Assembly (NCBI GenBank): GCA_036172245.1
Contig: JAYWIR010000004.1
Span: 2,170,001-2,234,000 of the forward strand
Direction: 5' to 3'
Length of the DNA stretch: 64,000 bases
Source of the DNA: Raillietiella orientalis
Lineage: Eukaryota
Position 1 is the first letter of the stretch; each line of letters begins with the position of its first letter. Both the position numbers and the translations under genes were made by a program. The notes beneath the pieces were generated by a model. It worked only from the letters and a program-made list of their open reading frames with translations, was not told where the DNA came from and searched no databases. Below, piece by piece: positions 20,162 to 32,500 of this stretch.

Positions 20162-22376
20162 ATGGTAAGTTGCATTTAGCTCCTGTGTTTGTACGCGTGT
20201 TTGCTGTGTTATCCAGATTACATGTTTATGTTTAATTCAATTAAATTTCATGTTTTTAAGGATCATTCTGGTGAACGCTATTCGTTTATAGTTGAATGGT
20301 TTGATAAGCAATCTCAGCTGCATAGAAGCTTCCTGCTAAATTTTTTTTCTAATGATGGAACTGTAGAAATGGCAAGTATTTCTCTTACGTAATGTTATGT
20401 GTGTACAAGAATTTATTTGGAATTTCAATTTCAGTACGATATAAAAAATCGGAAAATATTTCTTAAGCGCTCAAATGTTGGGGCTATGCAACTTAATAAT
20501 TTTTATGTTGGTAATACAATAACTGTACTCACCAGAAAATTGTTAATTAAAGATTTTGCTGATGAAACAACAAAACAAACATTACAAGTAGACATGGAAA
20601 GGTTATACATAATGTTGACTAGTAAATGCTTGGAGAAATTTTAGCAAGAAAATTTTAAACTTTATGTTTGTATATTTAAATGTATAAAGTCTTTTTTGAT
20701 CCATAGTAACAGGCAGCCTTATTTGCATATTTTATTATAGAATCCTTGTATTAATAAAACCAAATGGGCTGAAGCATTTTGGATATGTTTTGCAATTAAT
20801 CCAGCACCTCGATTTAAAAGTTTGCAGAGCAAGAATGATAAAATTAACAGAGTTGGCTATCAAAGAGCTTTATCAAGATGAAGTAAACTCATGTGAGTTA
20901 AAGTGAGTTTTACCATATAGTAGTGCAACGTTATAAGATTGTCTTTAACTTAGAGAAAATTCCGTAATAACTTTGGAGATCTTGGGGAAAAACTCCATCA
21001 GTAAACTGAAAAATCTTTCTGTATCACTGGAAGAAAATGCAGCTGAAATTCCCCTTACACTGAGACCACCTCCTTTGTTGAATTCTCTTAGTGATGCGCT
21101 GTCTTTTTCTTTGGATATTCAGCATGCGCAAAAGGCATGATAGTAGTTTCCTTTTTTATTGGTAACTTGAAAATTTATAGGAATTGGATGTCTTTTTTGG
21201 AAAACACCAGGAAAAAGATTTTTTTCTTGATACTGCAACTTTTGAGAACTGTACTTGTTGCATCATTAAACCAGATGCGATTAGAAGAGGTGAAAAATAA
21301 CAGCTTATGTAATTAAATATTTCTGCTAATTTCAGGATTGGCTGGAAATATAATTAGGAAAATTCAAGATGAAGGATTTGAAATTACAGCTTTGAAGCTT
21401 GTTAATCTTGATAAGGAATGTGCAGAATGTTTTATGGAAGTTTACAAAACTTTGTTACCACATTATCTTGTAAGTTTACATGCATTAAAGTAATAAAGTG
21501 TTATGTGTTTTCTTCTTTCCTTTACCCCTGTCAACTTTCATTTGTATACTTGAAACTTAGGCATTTGTGTCAACATTACCAGACTATTCGAAAATATCGA
21601 AAATTCTGGTTTGTACATCAATTTTGCATTTACTAGAATCTACAAAATTGTGCTATTTGTTGTTCATTGTGTGCTCTGGTGTATAGGGCAACAATTTTCC
21701 ATTAAAACACAAATAATAAATTGGAAAAGACACATTTCTGTTTTGTCAAATCTCTAGTCTGTAGTGGTTTATGGAAGCTTTTACTAATGATTTTTGTCTG
21801 CTGCAGTTTTTTTGGAAATCAGTATGCTTGCATGGCAATTTATTGAAAAAGGAACAAGTTTTAATTTTGCAAGTGAATTTTCAAAATGAAGCAATTTGAA
21901 AGAGAAATGTTTCATTTGCTATTTTGAAGTCGGAAAATTTAGATAAAGCAAATTAAATTTGTTCAAGCTTTCATTCAAACAGGAAGCATATTAGATTATG
22001 ATTCCTTGAAACAGTTCATTGCTTGAGAAGAGTTTATTAGCTAATCAATTAATCATTTAAATCTTTACAAGGGGTTGATCAATGAACTGTCATCAGGACC
22101 CTGTTTTGTGGCAGAAATAGTTGACACTGTTAATGCATCAGATACAGTAAAGAAATTTAGAGAGCTGGTTGGTCCTCATGATTGGGTAATTCCTTTTCCT
22201 TTTTGGATTGTGCATTAATTCTTTTTTAGGAATTGGCATCTATTTTACGACCTCACTCCCTGAGGGCACAGTTTGGGATCAACAGTGTTGAAAATGCTGT
22301 GCACTGTTCTGATTTGCCTGAAGATGGTCCTCTGGACAGTCAGTTTTTCTTTAAGATGTGTGCTGTAAATGAATAG
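20162..22376 (+). CDS. NME7: NME7 (DM10 domain + two NDK domains), ~375 aa, 9 coding exons
   Basis: Exons 20162-20164 (ATG only; another in-frame ATG at 20156), 20261-20371, 20435-20601, 20741-20902, 20954-21134, 21181-21289, 21336-21469, 22072-22185, 22230-22376 (1128 nt). DM10 motif RYSFIVEWFD...DGTVEMYDIKNRKIFLKR; NDK-B motifs CTCCIIKPD, SSGP, SLRAQFG, NAVHCSDLPEDG. Two introns require GC donors. Confidence 0.93.
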
Positions 22377-22434
22377 CCCCAAAGCACTTTCCTGTTCTTT
22401 TATTTGTTATCTTAATTTCATTTCCAATATGTTA

Positions 22435-25400
22435 TTAAAATAATCTAGGAAAACTTCTGGACCTTTTTAGCTGTTCAGTGGGAACCACGTCATTGGCACA
22501 GTCCCACCACACATCTTTTGTGTTCTCAGATCTTTTATCAGTTTTATAATTGTTTCATGAAATAAATTCTGAATTACCTGATTTTTCGTAATTTATCATG
22601 TTGGTCTTGGTTTCTATATTGTTCTCGTGATTTAAGACTGCCTCTTGGAGGCAACCATGCTACATACGACTTTTCATAGACAGTGGAATGATGGTTAGAG
22701 TTTTTTGATTTCTTCAACAATGCCATTCCTAAAGGTAAGTGAAGATCATAACCTAACACCAAACCCAACACCAAACCCAAGATGATAAATATAAACACTG
22801 TTGCTATTATTGGAGCAGGCAGTGCCAAATACCAGGGAAAACTTGCTGTATACAAAGAAAGATAATAAAAGTAATAACGTATTTCACCTACAAGTGAATT
22901 TTTCAATGAATGTCCCAAAGAAAACTCCCAAAGTCCCTCCTAATGAGCCCTTGAAAACTGGAAAAAGCTGAGAGATGGTCTTTGAAAAAGCTTCTGAGGG
23001 GTTTGCTTCAAAGAGCGGATCAACAGAGATCCGTTCAAAATATTCTTCACATTCATCTTTATCTAAAAATGAAAATATATAATCTTTACATGCTGAAATG
23101 CAGCGCCTCCTAAGAAACTTCTGGAAATTGTTATGCACAAATATCTCATAACTGAGGAAATCACTTACAGTAAGTAACATATTTAAGAAATCTTTTGCAG
23201 CACTTGCAATGAAGATAGTGTCAGTCTTACAAAGAATTCCATAAACAATTAAACTACACAGTCAATTGTCACATTACAATGCAATAAATATTTCGGTTTA
23301 TTAAAAAAAAAATAAAAAAAACCTCAAATTTCGTGTAACCATTCCCAAGAATAGAGGCATCACTGTGATTTCATTGTTGCTGGCATGACTGCCACATAAA
23401 GAATTGATTCCATTAGTCAAAATAGGTCATTTCATGTTAAGAAAATCTCTTTATGCTCAACTTAAGGATGCCACTCGGTTTCTTTAAACTTGTACTTTCA
23501 TTATGATTCTTTACTTAGAGCTTATGGCTCTTGTATGCTTATGTGTCTTTGAATAGCTTTCAAGAGTTCAATCTCTTCATGTCAATAAAGCAAGATATGG
23601 ACAATACATAAGGAAAAGTAAATCTATGAACACAACAAAATAAATGAGAAATAAGATGTATTACTTGAATAAACAACAGGAGATTCTCAACATGAAGGAC
23701 TCAAAAAACATAGAACTTAGACTAGGCTCAACTCATGCTATACTTTGAGGGATACAGCTGCATTTTCCAACTTTAGAAAATCAGTAAGTCAGGCCATTCC
23801 AGCTACTTTGCAAATTGGAAAATTGGGTAAGCAATTAAAATGTTCAAAATGATTAATGGTTTCATTTTGTGTGCTGGTTTCAGACACCTCAGATATGCTT
23901 ATTAACAAAATCCAAAGCTGTGTTAGTTTTAAAAATGAGAAATTAAAAAGGAATTTTCTATTTATACATAGTTGAGAAGACAGAAACATGGAATCTTTGC
24001 TAACCTAAGAGAGGGCACTGTTTGTAAATTTCTAAAAGGTGTTTTCCTTTTTCTAATTACATTTATGCAAAATTCAAAAAATGTCAATCAATTCTGATAA
24101 CGCAAATACTAATAATTAGCAAGTCTACAATTACACTCAGCTTATGAAATGCTTATGCTACTTTCTAAGTTCAAAGATCTTTGGAGGAAGCTCTGAAGTT
24201 AAAAACTTTTTACTGTTTCTATGAAACCACAAAATACTGTCCCAGATATTGAAAATGCAAAACTACTTACATGAAAAGGCAGAATACATAAAATGCTTAA
24301 TTTTCTGAAATGAACTCATTTCAGAAAATCGACATGAAGAAGGAATACCTTCAGCATATTTCAAGGTTTCAGCTTGTTTCTTTGATCTTGCAACCTGTTA
24401 AGGAGTCATCAACTACTATGTTATGTTTATAAAAATAATCCTAACACAATAAATATTGTATTAAGAGTACTTCTATTAATCAAAATTTACTTCATTCGAA
24501 GATCGAAATAATAATGTACTCACTGAATAAATATAAAACCAGTTGAAGATGAATGATACCAAAAATATTAAAAACAGACCAACAAAAACTAAATCTTTAA
24601 TGTTACGACATTTGCAAATGATTTGTCTGATTAACAGATATCCACAAATTAATGTGGAAGGAAGCCATGATTTCTGGAACAGAATAAATCTTTAAACATC
24701 CAAGAATCGTTGCATACAAAAGATACCAAAATTCATTCTAGCATAACTATTCTAACATATACTCACAAAACTATTTGCTTACCTGCACAATATACAAAAA
24801 GACATCTAATGCTGAACTGAAAGAACTTTCAGCAGACCAATCTTTGTATTCATGAAATATGTAAGAAAGTATAACTTCAATATCATGTACATGTACTGCA
24901 TTTCCATAAATAAAGCTCTTCAGTTTTAATAGATCTTCTGAGGAAATTTCAGCAAATACTGGAACAACAATCGTATCACCGTTTCCTGAGTCCTGATTTA
25001 ATTTTAAACACTATCTTGGATTTCTACACCTTTACCGATTCAAAAAGTTGAAGAATACTTGCAACTATTCTTCGAACAATGGGCAATTCTCGATGATCTA
25101 CTATTACATCGGATTCCAGAAACCTTTTTTTGACAGTTTCTTCCAAACTTATGTCATTACAAATACGTTCACAATCACAACTTCTACAATGGAGCAAAAT
25201 GGTTGCAAATCATTTATAGCAATTACAGCATTGCAAATTTGTTTGCAATGACATCAAATTTTAAAAAATCAATAAATCATTTAAATCAATAACTTGATTT
25301 AAATGAACCCAGCACAATTTTTATCATGTCCAAGATAAACAAATGAACATTAAATTCAGACAATAGTGAATAAAGAATTTGTAACATGCCATTAGAGTCT

Positions 25401-26558
25401 CATACATATATCAGAAAAGAATGAAAATGAAAATGCAATGTTGATATTTGGTTAGTACTTTGACTGCAACTTTACTAAATGAACTATAAGATGTAGCAGG
25501 TAAATAGAACATTTGATAAGTTTTTCAGTTTCAACATGCCCACTCTTGATGCCAGTCATGCATGAAATGCACTGCTTGCTTGTATAAAACCAAAATGCAT
25601 CCAGTAAGGATTTAAAGATCATGAACCCTTCGATAAACGGAGAACTAATCAAAGTGTAAGTGATTGTGTAATTAAATTAATAGTCATATGCATACACCAC
25701 AACATTAAGCAGCTAATAGATCTGAAATCTCCATGTGAGTGCTCCATTTCTGAACATGGAATTTATCATTTGTGATTTTGAATCAGTCTATCACGATCTT
25801 AAGTTATATGGCAACTATTTATGAACGATTTAACGAACAAATCTGCAAACCAACTTATATGAAAACTGAATCAAATGTACTTGTTCAAAAATGCAAAGAT
25901 TTTGACTTGGAGTTCCAGAAATCAAACGAGTTCCACTGGCCTATTTGAACTAATGCACCTGGTTCCAATACAAAATCTGATAGATTCAGAGCATATCCCA
26001 CCAATACACATGAACGGTTTGGAGATAAATTACCAAAATTAATGGCAGAAAGAACATGAAACTTATTTTAAACATGTATTAAAATCTAGAAACTGTCCCC
26101 AATCAGCAATAGCTCCATTCCTAATTTCTCAATATGAATGCTAAGCGTTAACCAGGATCATAACAGTTTACACAATCTTTCAACACACGCAATGATGCAA
26201 TGAATACTTATTTACACCCACAAAATATCATCTCGAAACGTACCGTTTAAAATAAACTGATTAGCTTTTTAATATTCTCAAACATCACAAAAGTTGATAC
26301 TAAATGAAAGCTTATAGAATTATGGGCAACTATTGCACAAATTACAAGGCATACATAGACATACAGTTTATCCGGTACACAGACAATTTGTTCTCGTAGT
26401 CCAGGTTTAACCCAACTATTTTGATTGATTGATAAAGCACTTTTTCTGGGCTCGAGACGAACTTCGTCATTCTGGGATTCATAAGAATGTTCCAATAGTT
26501 CACTATCTACAGATATTACACCACCAATAAAGTACACTGCACTTAACCACGATCTCAT
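22435..26558 (-). CDS. CLCC1: Chloride channel CLIC-like protein 1 (CLCC1/MCLC family), ~420-450 aa
   Basis: Exons 26558-26365, 25183-25036, 24992-24783, 24673-24524, 24394-24271, 23062-22892, 22845-22578 and a probable last exon 22531-22435 (if unspliced, stop at 22574); frame is continuous. Hydrophobic N-terminus, then PIVRRIVASIL, VSFIFNWFYIY, YKDECEEYFERISVDPLFEANPSEA and a final TM FPWYLALPAPIIATVFIFIIL, paralleling the CLCC1 motifs PVFRRYLNKIL, SLGWNWMYLY and YKDDPCQKYYELLLVNP. Confidence 0.8.
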
Positions 26559-29285
26559 CGCAGCATTAAGATTTCACACCACTTCAACAATGAAGTCACG
26601 GAGCAAGGAGATAATATCTCATGTAAACAATAATAATCATCTTAAACTATTACTAGAACGGAATGTTGATGCATTACTGCTTGGCAAAGCATTGCACAAA
26701 ACTCGAGTTACTACTGAGGTTACGTTTGCGATGCGGTTCTTTCAAAATGTTGACACAGGCTTACCACTGCTTGGATATCGTTTCAAATCCGACGAATTCG
26801 AGTTTTGCTTTAGAAAATTTAACAGAAGACGAAGGAATAGAATAATCTTATAACTTTATGCACATTGAAGTGATAAAGTTGGAAAAACATTTTCTCCTAT
26901 TCCTACTAGGCATGAAACTTACTGAATAAATTTCGTATCCACATGTATTATTTTCGACTGGAATCATTTGGGATGCATATATTACATAATCAGGCATGTT
27001 CATAAGCTATATGTGCTCACAGTGCACATTCTTCAGAAAACTAAGGGAAAATAATTCAATTTACTCTACATTAACTGGAGACGAGGCTGCTTCACGCGTT
27101 ATGAGTTCAAGATTTAATGCAGCACTCGAAACTCGTTTCAAAATTAAATACGCGAGAACGAAAGTGAACAGTTATTTAACAGTTAAAATTTCCTCAGCAT
27201 CATTGAATGCACAATAAAAAATAATGAAAGCAGTTCAAAAAGTCACTTTTAACATCGAAAAAAAGAGTAGCAAATTTTTTTTTAAAGCCAAAAAAAAGTT
27301 TCAGCATCTGCCATAATTACAAGTGCACCATAGTCTTAAATGTCATCTCCATGAAACACAACAAATCTTCAAATAAATGGAATAGAAAGCATTGTAGAAA
27401 CTCAGATAACTTGTGATGATACTATATATTTGTTGACAGTACATCAGATAGTACGTACATCAGTTTGATTTGTTTGAGAATGAAAATCATTTTTGCAAGG
27501 TTTGCATGGAGACAGATATCACCATAGTTTACTTAGAGAGAACTATGTGTTCCAAAATTGAAACCTAGGGTTCGTTAAAGCGTACAGAATAGCCTTGTAA
27601 AGGGTTTTCTTAATTGTAAAACAGAAATAGCTCTTCTACAAAACTGAAATTGGTCACTGTCCATGGGAATATTAACTTGTGAACCTGTAAGTTAGAGAGC
27701 CATCGGGGCACCGAATATTCAGCACCTCGATGAACATTGTACAGAATTTTCCCGAGGAAGTAATTTTAGGATAATTTGAGCAATTAGGAAAAAAAATTTC
27801 ACGAACACAGTTATTCAAGTTTGTAGTATAATACGTTGGATTTTTCAAATTTCTGGCAAATAAGGAAATATCTTGCAACGGAAAAAGTATACTTATGAAA
27901 ATAAATTACAAAAGCTTTAATGCAAAAACTGTTTCTGGTAAGCCTTCTGGTATATCTATCTGATAAGGCTATGCGTAGGAGACGAATTAAAAAGTTATAC
28001 AACAGCTTTCGTTTGTTATTAATGAATGACAATGGATGTGTAATTAATGTCATTTCTGAATTCCTCACAATTGTCAAAAGTCCATAGCTCAGTAAAAGAT
28101 TTTCAAATGACTGCAAATGAGTTTAATATGATAAACATGGGAAAAACAAGGAAAAAATTTGGCAGCTTCCGATAGAGCAGGAGATGGTTTCACAAAACGC
28201 TGAACTTGACGTATTTTAGTACAATAAAGACACACAAAACACATTAAGCATTAAAAGCAAACGAAATGAACCATGTTTTCAAGGAATATTAAAACTAAAA
28301 TTCCTCTCAAGTTATGATAGGATAGAAGAGAAAGGACTGAAGGTAATGAGAAATAGTACAGTTTCCCAACTTTTAAATTAGAATACATAACACAGGGGGT
28401 AATACAGAAAGTTCTGTTTGAAATAAAAAAAACTATGTTTGAGTCCAAAACATATGATCTCACCATGAAGATGACAAATGTTTTCTGTACGAATAATTCA
28501 TTGGAAATCTCGACACTTCACAAATTTAAGAAAATATCTAACAGTTATGAAAACATATTTTATTTACTAATCAGCACCTTATATCACTTGCAATATGCAG
28601 TTGGTATGTAGTTATTGATTTTCCAACAAAAAAGTTTTTTGGAAAGAAAAAACTTTCAAAAATGTAACGTTTTACATGGACTTGGGCTAAATGGATGATT
28701 ACACTGCAATTTTGCCCCACTTCACTGTTTTTTTGCTGGATGTTTTTAGTCTTTAATCTATTTCTCACTATCTTTGCAAGTATTGAAAATAGAAAACCAT
28801 TCATGATTATGGTGCAGAATAGAACGAAAGAGACCACAAATATTTACGGAAGTATGATGTGAAAATGCCCTGAAGTGATTTATTTCACGTACATCTAGTA
28901 CATTTTTAATATGATTATTTTGTGTTTATTTATTCTAAGGAGAAACAAATGTCTAAATGTAAGCTACCCCGTTTAAATTTCGCTGTATATCAAATGATTC
29001 AAGTCGATGAAGCTGTAAGTGTGATTGCTCTTTTTCCATTTTAAGTCTGGGTTCTTTCAGCATATATCAGTTCCTTCAATTCATTCATTAGGAGAGAGAT
29101 TAGAAAAAAAATTAGGAAAAAATATTTTTACAGTCGAAGTTCGGTGGATTTTGGTTGAAACATAGTGTTAGTTCTTTTGGACAGTTTCGCTACTTTTTTT
29201 TGATCTCATAATTCTTTAAAAGATAAATATGTTGTTCAGTTACTGTCACCACTACTTTTCCTCCTTTGAGTATCAGCATATCAAT

Positions 29286-29346
29286 GATCTCCACTTCCCA
29301 GTGGAGATCGTCATCAAATCGCAATGTTCGTACAGTTCTGTTGCAT
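29286..29346. repeat. Palindromic hairpin plus Wolbachia-repeat-like motif downstream of the pdxH fragment
   Basis: Perfect 10-bp stem gatctccact-tccc-agtggagatc (29286-29309). The adjacent gcaatgttcgtacagt (SQCSYS / NRNVRTV frames) resembles, from memory, the motif accompanying Wolbachia palindromic elements. Confidence 0.55.
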
Positions 29347-29348
29347 GG

Positions 29349-29480
29349 TTAAGGATACAGCTGCTCTATTTCCCAGTTGCTTTCTTCAACAAGGGTGTAT
29401 TTAAATCTGGTATGTCCCCTGTGTTCACCTTCCTGCCAGAATTGAATTGTTTTTGGGATTACGCAGAATCCTCCTGCCAA
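29349..29480 (-). pseudogene. pdxH: Bacterial-type pyridoxamine 5'-phosphate oxidase C-terminal fragment (probable Wolbachia nuclear insertion)
   Basis: Minus-strand translation GGFCVIPKTIQFWQEGEHRGHTRFKYTLVEESNWEIEQLYP* matches the PdxH C-terminal motif (G+..P..IEFWQ...RxHxRxxY...W..E.L.P) and lacks the animal PNPO insert. No upstream pdxH sequence was found. Confidence 0.8.
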
Positions 29481-29581
29481 ACCATGATGTAATAAGCAAT
29501 AATGTTTTGAGTGAGGTGTTTACGATAATCTCAGCTTCGTATTTTGAATCTGTTTAATCAAATATACTAAGATACGCCAAC

Positions 29582-32500
29582 ATGGTAAGATATCTTTTTT
29601 TATTCTAATCATAATCTAATCTTGGTATTTCTGTTTATTTTACCGACAGTGTATGTGATGAAATCCAACTCCAGTATCTTAATTACGTTGATATTGATTT
29701 TTTTTTTTTTTTTGTTTATAGCTTTCTATTAAACTGCAAGCAGCAGATGGACAGAATCAAGACTGCGACGCATCACAAATAGAAAAGTACTTAAGACGAG
29801 GCGATTTCGTAGGGGCTTTGAGTTTCCTAAAGGTATATCTGGAGCTGGTGTGTTTTTATGATCAAATGCATTCGGGTATCCGTGGGTATAGATTGTTCAG
29901 TGAATATGATGAGAATTTGTTTTGAAATTATTCATATTTCAATGTGCAGTTCATTTTTTTAAGGTTTTTTTTTATTTATAGTTCACAGGGAAAAGTAATC
30001 ATAACAATGGAAACAATGCATCCCTATGGCATGCATATCTCTTATTTCATTGCGGAGACTACCAAATGGCCCTGTCTATCTATGAGAAACTTTCTGAAAA
30101 AGATTTTCCCATTATTGAAATCAACAAAGCCTGTTGTTACTTCAGGTTGCAAATGTATGACACCGCAGAAAAGGTAGCACTTTGTTGCCGTTTGTAACAT
30201 TTTAAGTTGTACAAGAGATGTGTTTCATTTTATAGATTTAGCTCAATTCACGAAAGCATGGCTTTCGAACTTATTATGGTAAAAAATGAAGATTCAATTA
30301 GAAACTTATGTTTAATGAAAGTGATCACTATATAGTGACTGCATGCACTTGTAATGCATATGTTGCATTGAATGTGTTCTAGGTTGCAGAAGAAAGCAGT
30401 AACTCTGACTTAAGAGTGAGACTGTTATGTCATAGTTCTCTGAAACTGCATAATGAGAGTAAAGTTTTGAAATATCATCATCTTTTAAAAGATTCTATTG
30501 AAAATCAACTAAGCCTAGCTGCTTTACATTATTCAAGATACCACTTTGAAGAAGCCTTAGACATTTATAAAAATATTTTTGTGAACAACAGGTAATTTAT
30601 TTTCAAACGTATCTATAAATGTGTTCATTCAATACACTTGAGTCATTCATTCAATACAATGCATTCATCCATTCATTCAATGCAGAATGACCATAAAGTT
30701 GTGTGCAGTGAGATTATTAAAAAATAGTTTGCATGTTTGCATGTGTGTCTGTTCATTTTGAAATTTGTAATAAGTTGATTAATGAAAGAAATCTTTGTTT
30801 CTCTTTAAGATATATTGCTAAATTGCTTTTATTATAGATTTTGCCGGTTGTGAGTTTTCACTGTAATAAATGCAAGGTCCCTTTTTGCTACTTTTGTCTT
30901 GGCATGTACAAATCATTGGTTGTCACTGCATGGACTTGGAAAGGAAAGTTTGTTGAACAGCTCCAGTTTTCATTTCAAAGTATCTTTGTTCTTTTATTTA
31001 AAGTATTTGCTGTTTTGAAGTATCTTCTGTTTCTATATATCTGTCTCTGCTTATACTCAGTGTATCTTGATTACTAAGATTACTTGCATTTATATCCCTA
31101 CGATTTTATACTTTTTTATGTAATGTTTATGAAATCCTTATCTATTAACTAGTGAAATACCTTTTAGTGTGAAGTAGAAATTGGTATAAATATATCATTT
31201 AAATACACCATCAGTATACAAATAAGTGATTTAAAAACATTTAACCCTAATTTAATTAAAATCTATGGGAAGTAGACTTTCATTGAGAGCAATGGAAATT
31301 TCCATGCATATTTATAGTGTACTTATGCTTGTGAATGTTTGAATGTATTTCAAAGTAAAAAACTATCTTTCCGAACTGTAAGAAAAATATTTTAGTTCAT
31401 TTTGTAGATGTTTTCTATTTGAAATGCAAGGTTTTGTCTTTGGAGTAATTTATTCTTGAACACTTGGAAGCCTCATGAAATTTTAATGAACTGTGCTGGT
31501 TATTTGAAAACTACATTTTCTATTTGTGTGATTGCTTGAAAATAGAAAGGCACAAATTCAGCATGTGAGTTAATGAATAGCAGTTCATTGTGTACACATT
31601 TTGTGTACTTGAGCTCATTTATTTATGGTTGTGCAGTACACAGTGAGGAAAACCCCAAAAAATTCATAATTTGATAAAAATTTTGCAAATGGTCATTCTC
31701 AGTAGCATTGACTGCATGTTGAACGATTATTTGGAATAAATACTATTTCAGAATGGATGCTTTATTATATGCTGGGAAAAATTGTATGTTTGATGTCTAT
31801 GCTGAATGACCAGGATCATTTACAAATCTTCCATATAAATGATTAGCAGTAGTAGTTTGTTAAAATTAAAATTAGTTAAAATTAAAATTAAAGTTAAAAT
31901 TAGTAGCTTGTTAAAATTTTCATGCTTCCTGAAAGCAAGTGTTTAGTGTTTTTTTACCATATTTATAAATTTAACTTGCAAAAGTATGCATTATTTTTCA
32001 AAAATATATATCGCCTTCAGTGTTACAATATTGTTGTTTTCAGAAAATTTTCAGCTCTGCAAATTTACATGGCTTTCTGTCATTATAAATTGGGTAATCA
32101 TGATATTAGTCAAGAATTAACAGCAAGTTATCTTCAGATTTATCCTGATTCTATCATAGCAATTAATTTGAAAGCATGCAATCACTTTTGTTTATATAAT
32201 CGAACAGCTGCCATCATGGAGTTAACAGTATTAAAGGTTTTTATGCTTTATTTATATGTTTGATATCTAAACTGCCCTAACTGATGTAAATATTAATGTT
32301 ATATTTATTTAATATGAAAGTGCTCACTCTGATGTGTAAAGACAGTTGTTGTGTAGAAGTTTTTTAGGTAAAGTCATTTGATGTCTAGTTATGTAGCTTA
32401 GCAGTAACGATAAAAGCAGAAATACGTTCTACTTTCAAATTAAGTGAAATGCATTTTGATCAAACGAATGGAACGTATTTTATTTTAAAAATTAGTAAAA

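Noticed and set aside
26996..27217. TLTGDEA resembling the first catalytic Asp motif of Tc1/mariner transposases
   Set aside because: No further transposase motifs or terminal inverted repeats seen.
29349..29480. Last exon of a host PNPO gene nested antisense to TTC26
   Set aside because: No upstream PNPO exons were found in TTC26 introns, and the C-terminus is bacterial-type with an adjoining bacterial-like repeat.
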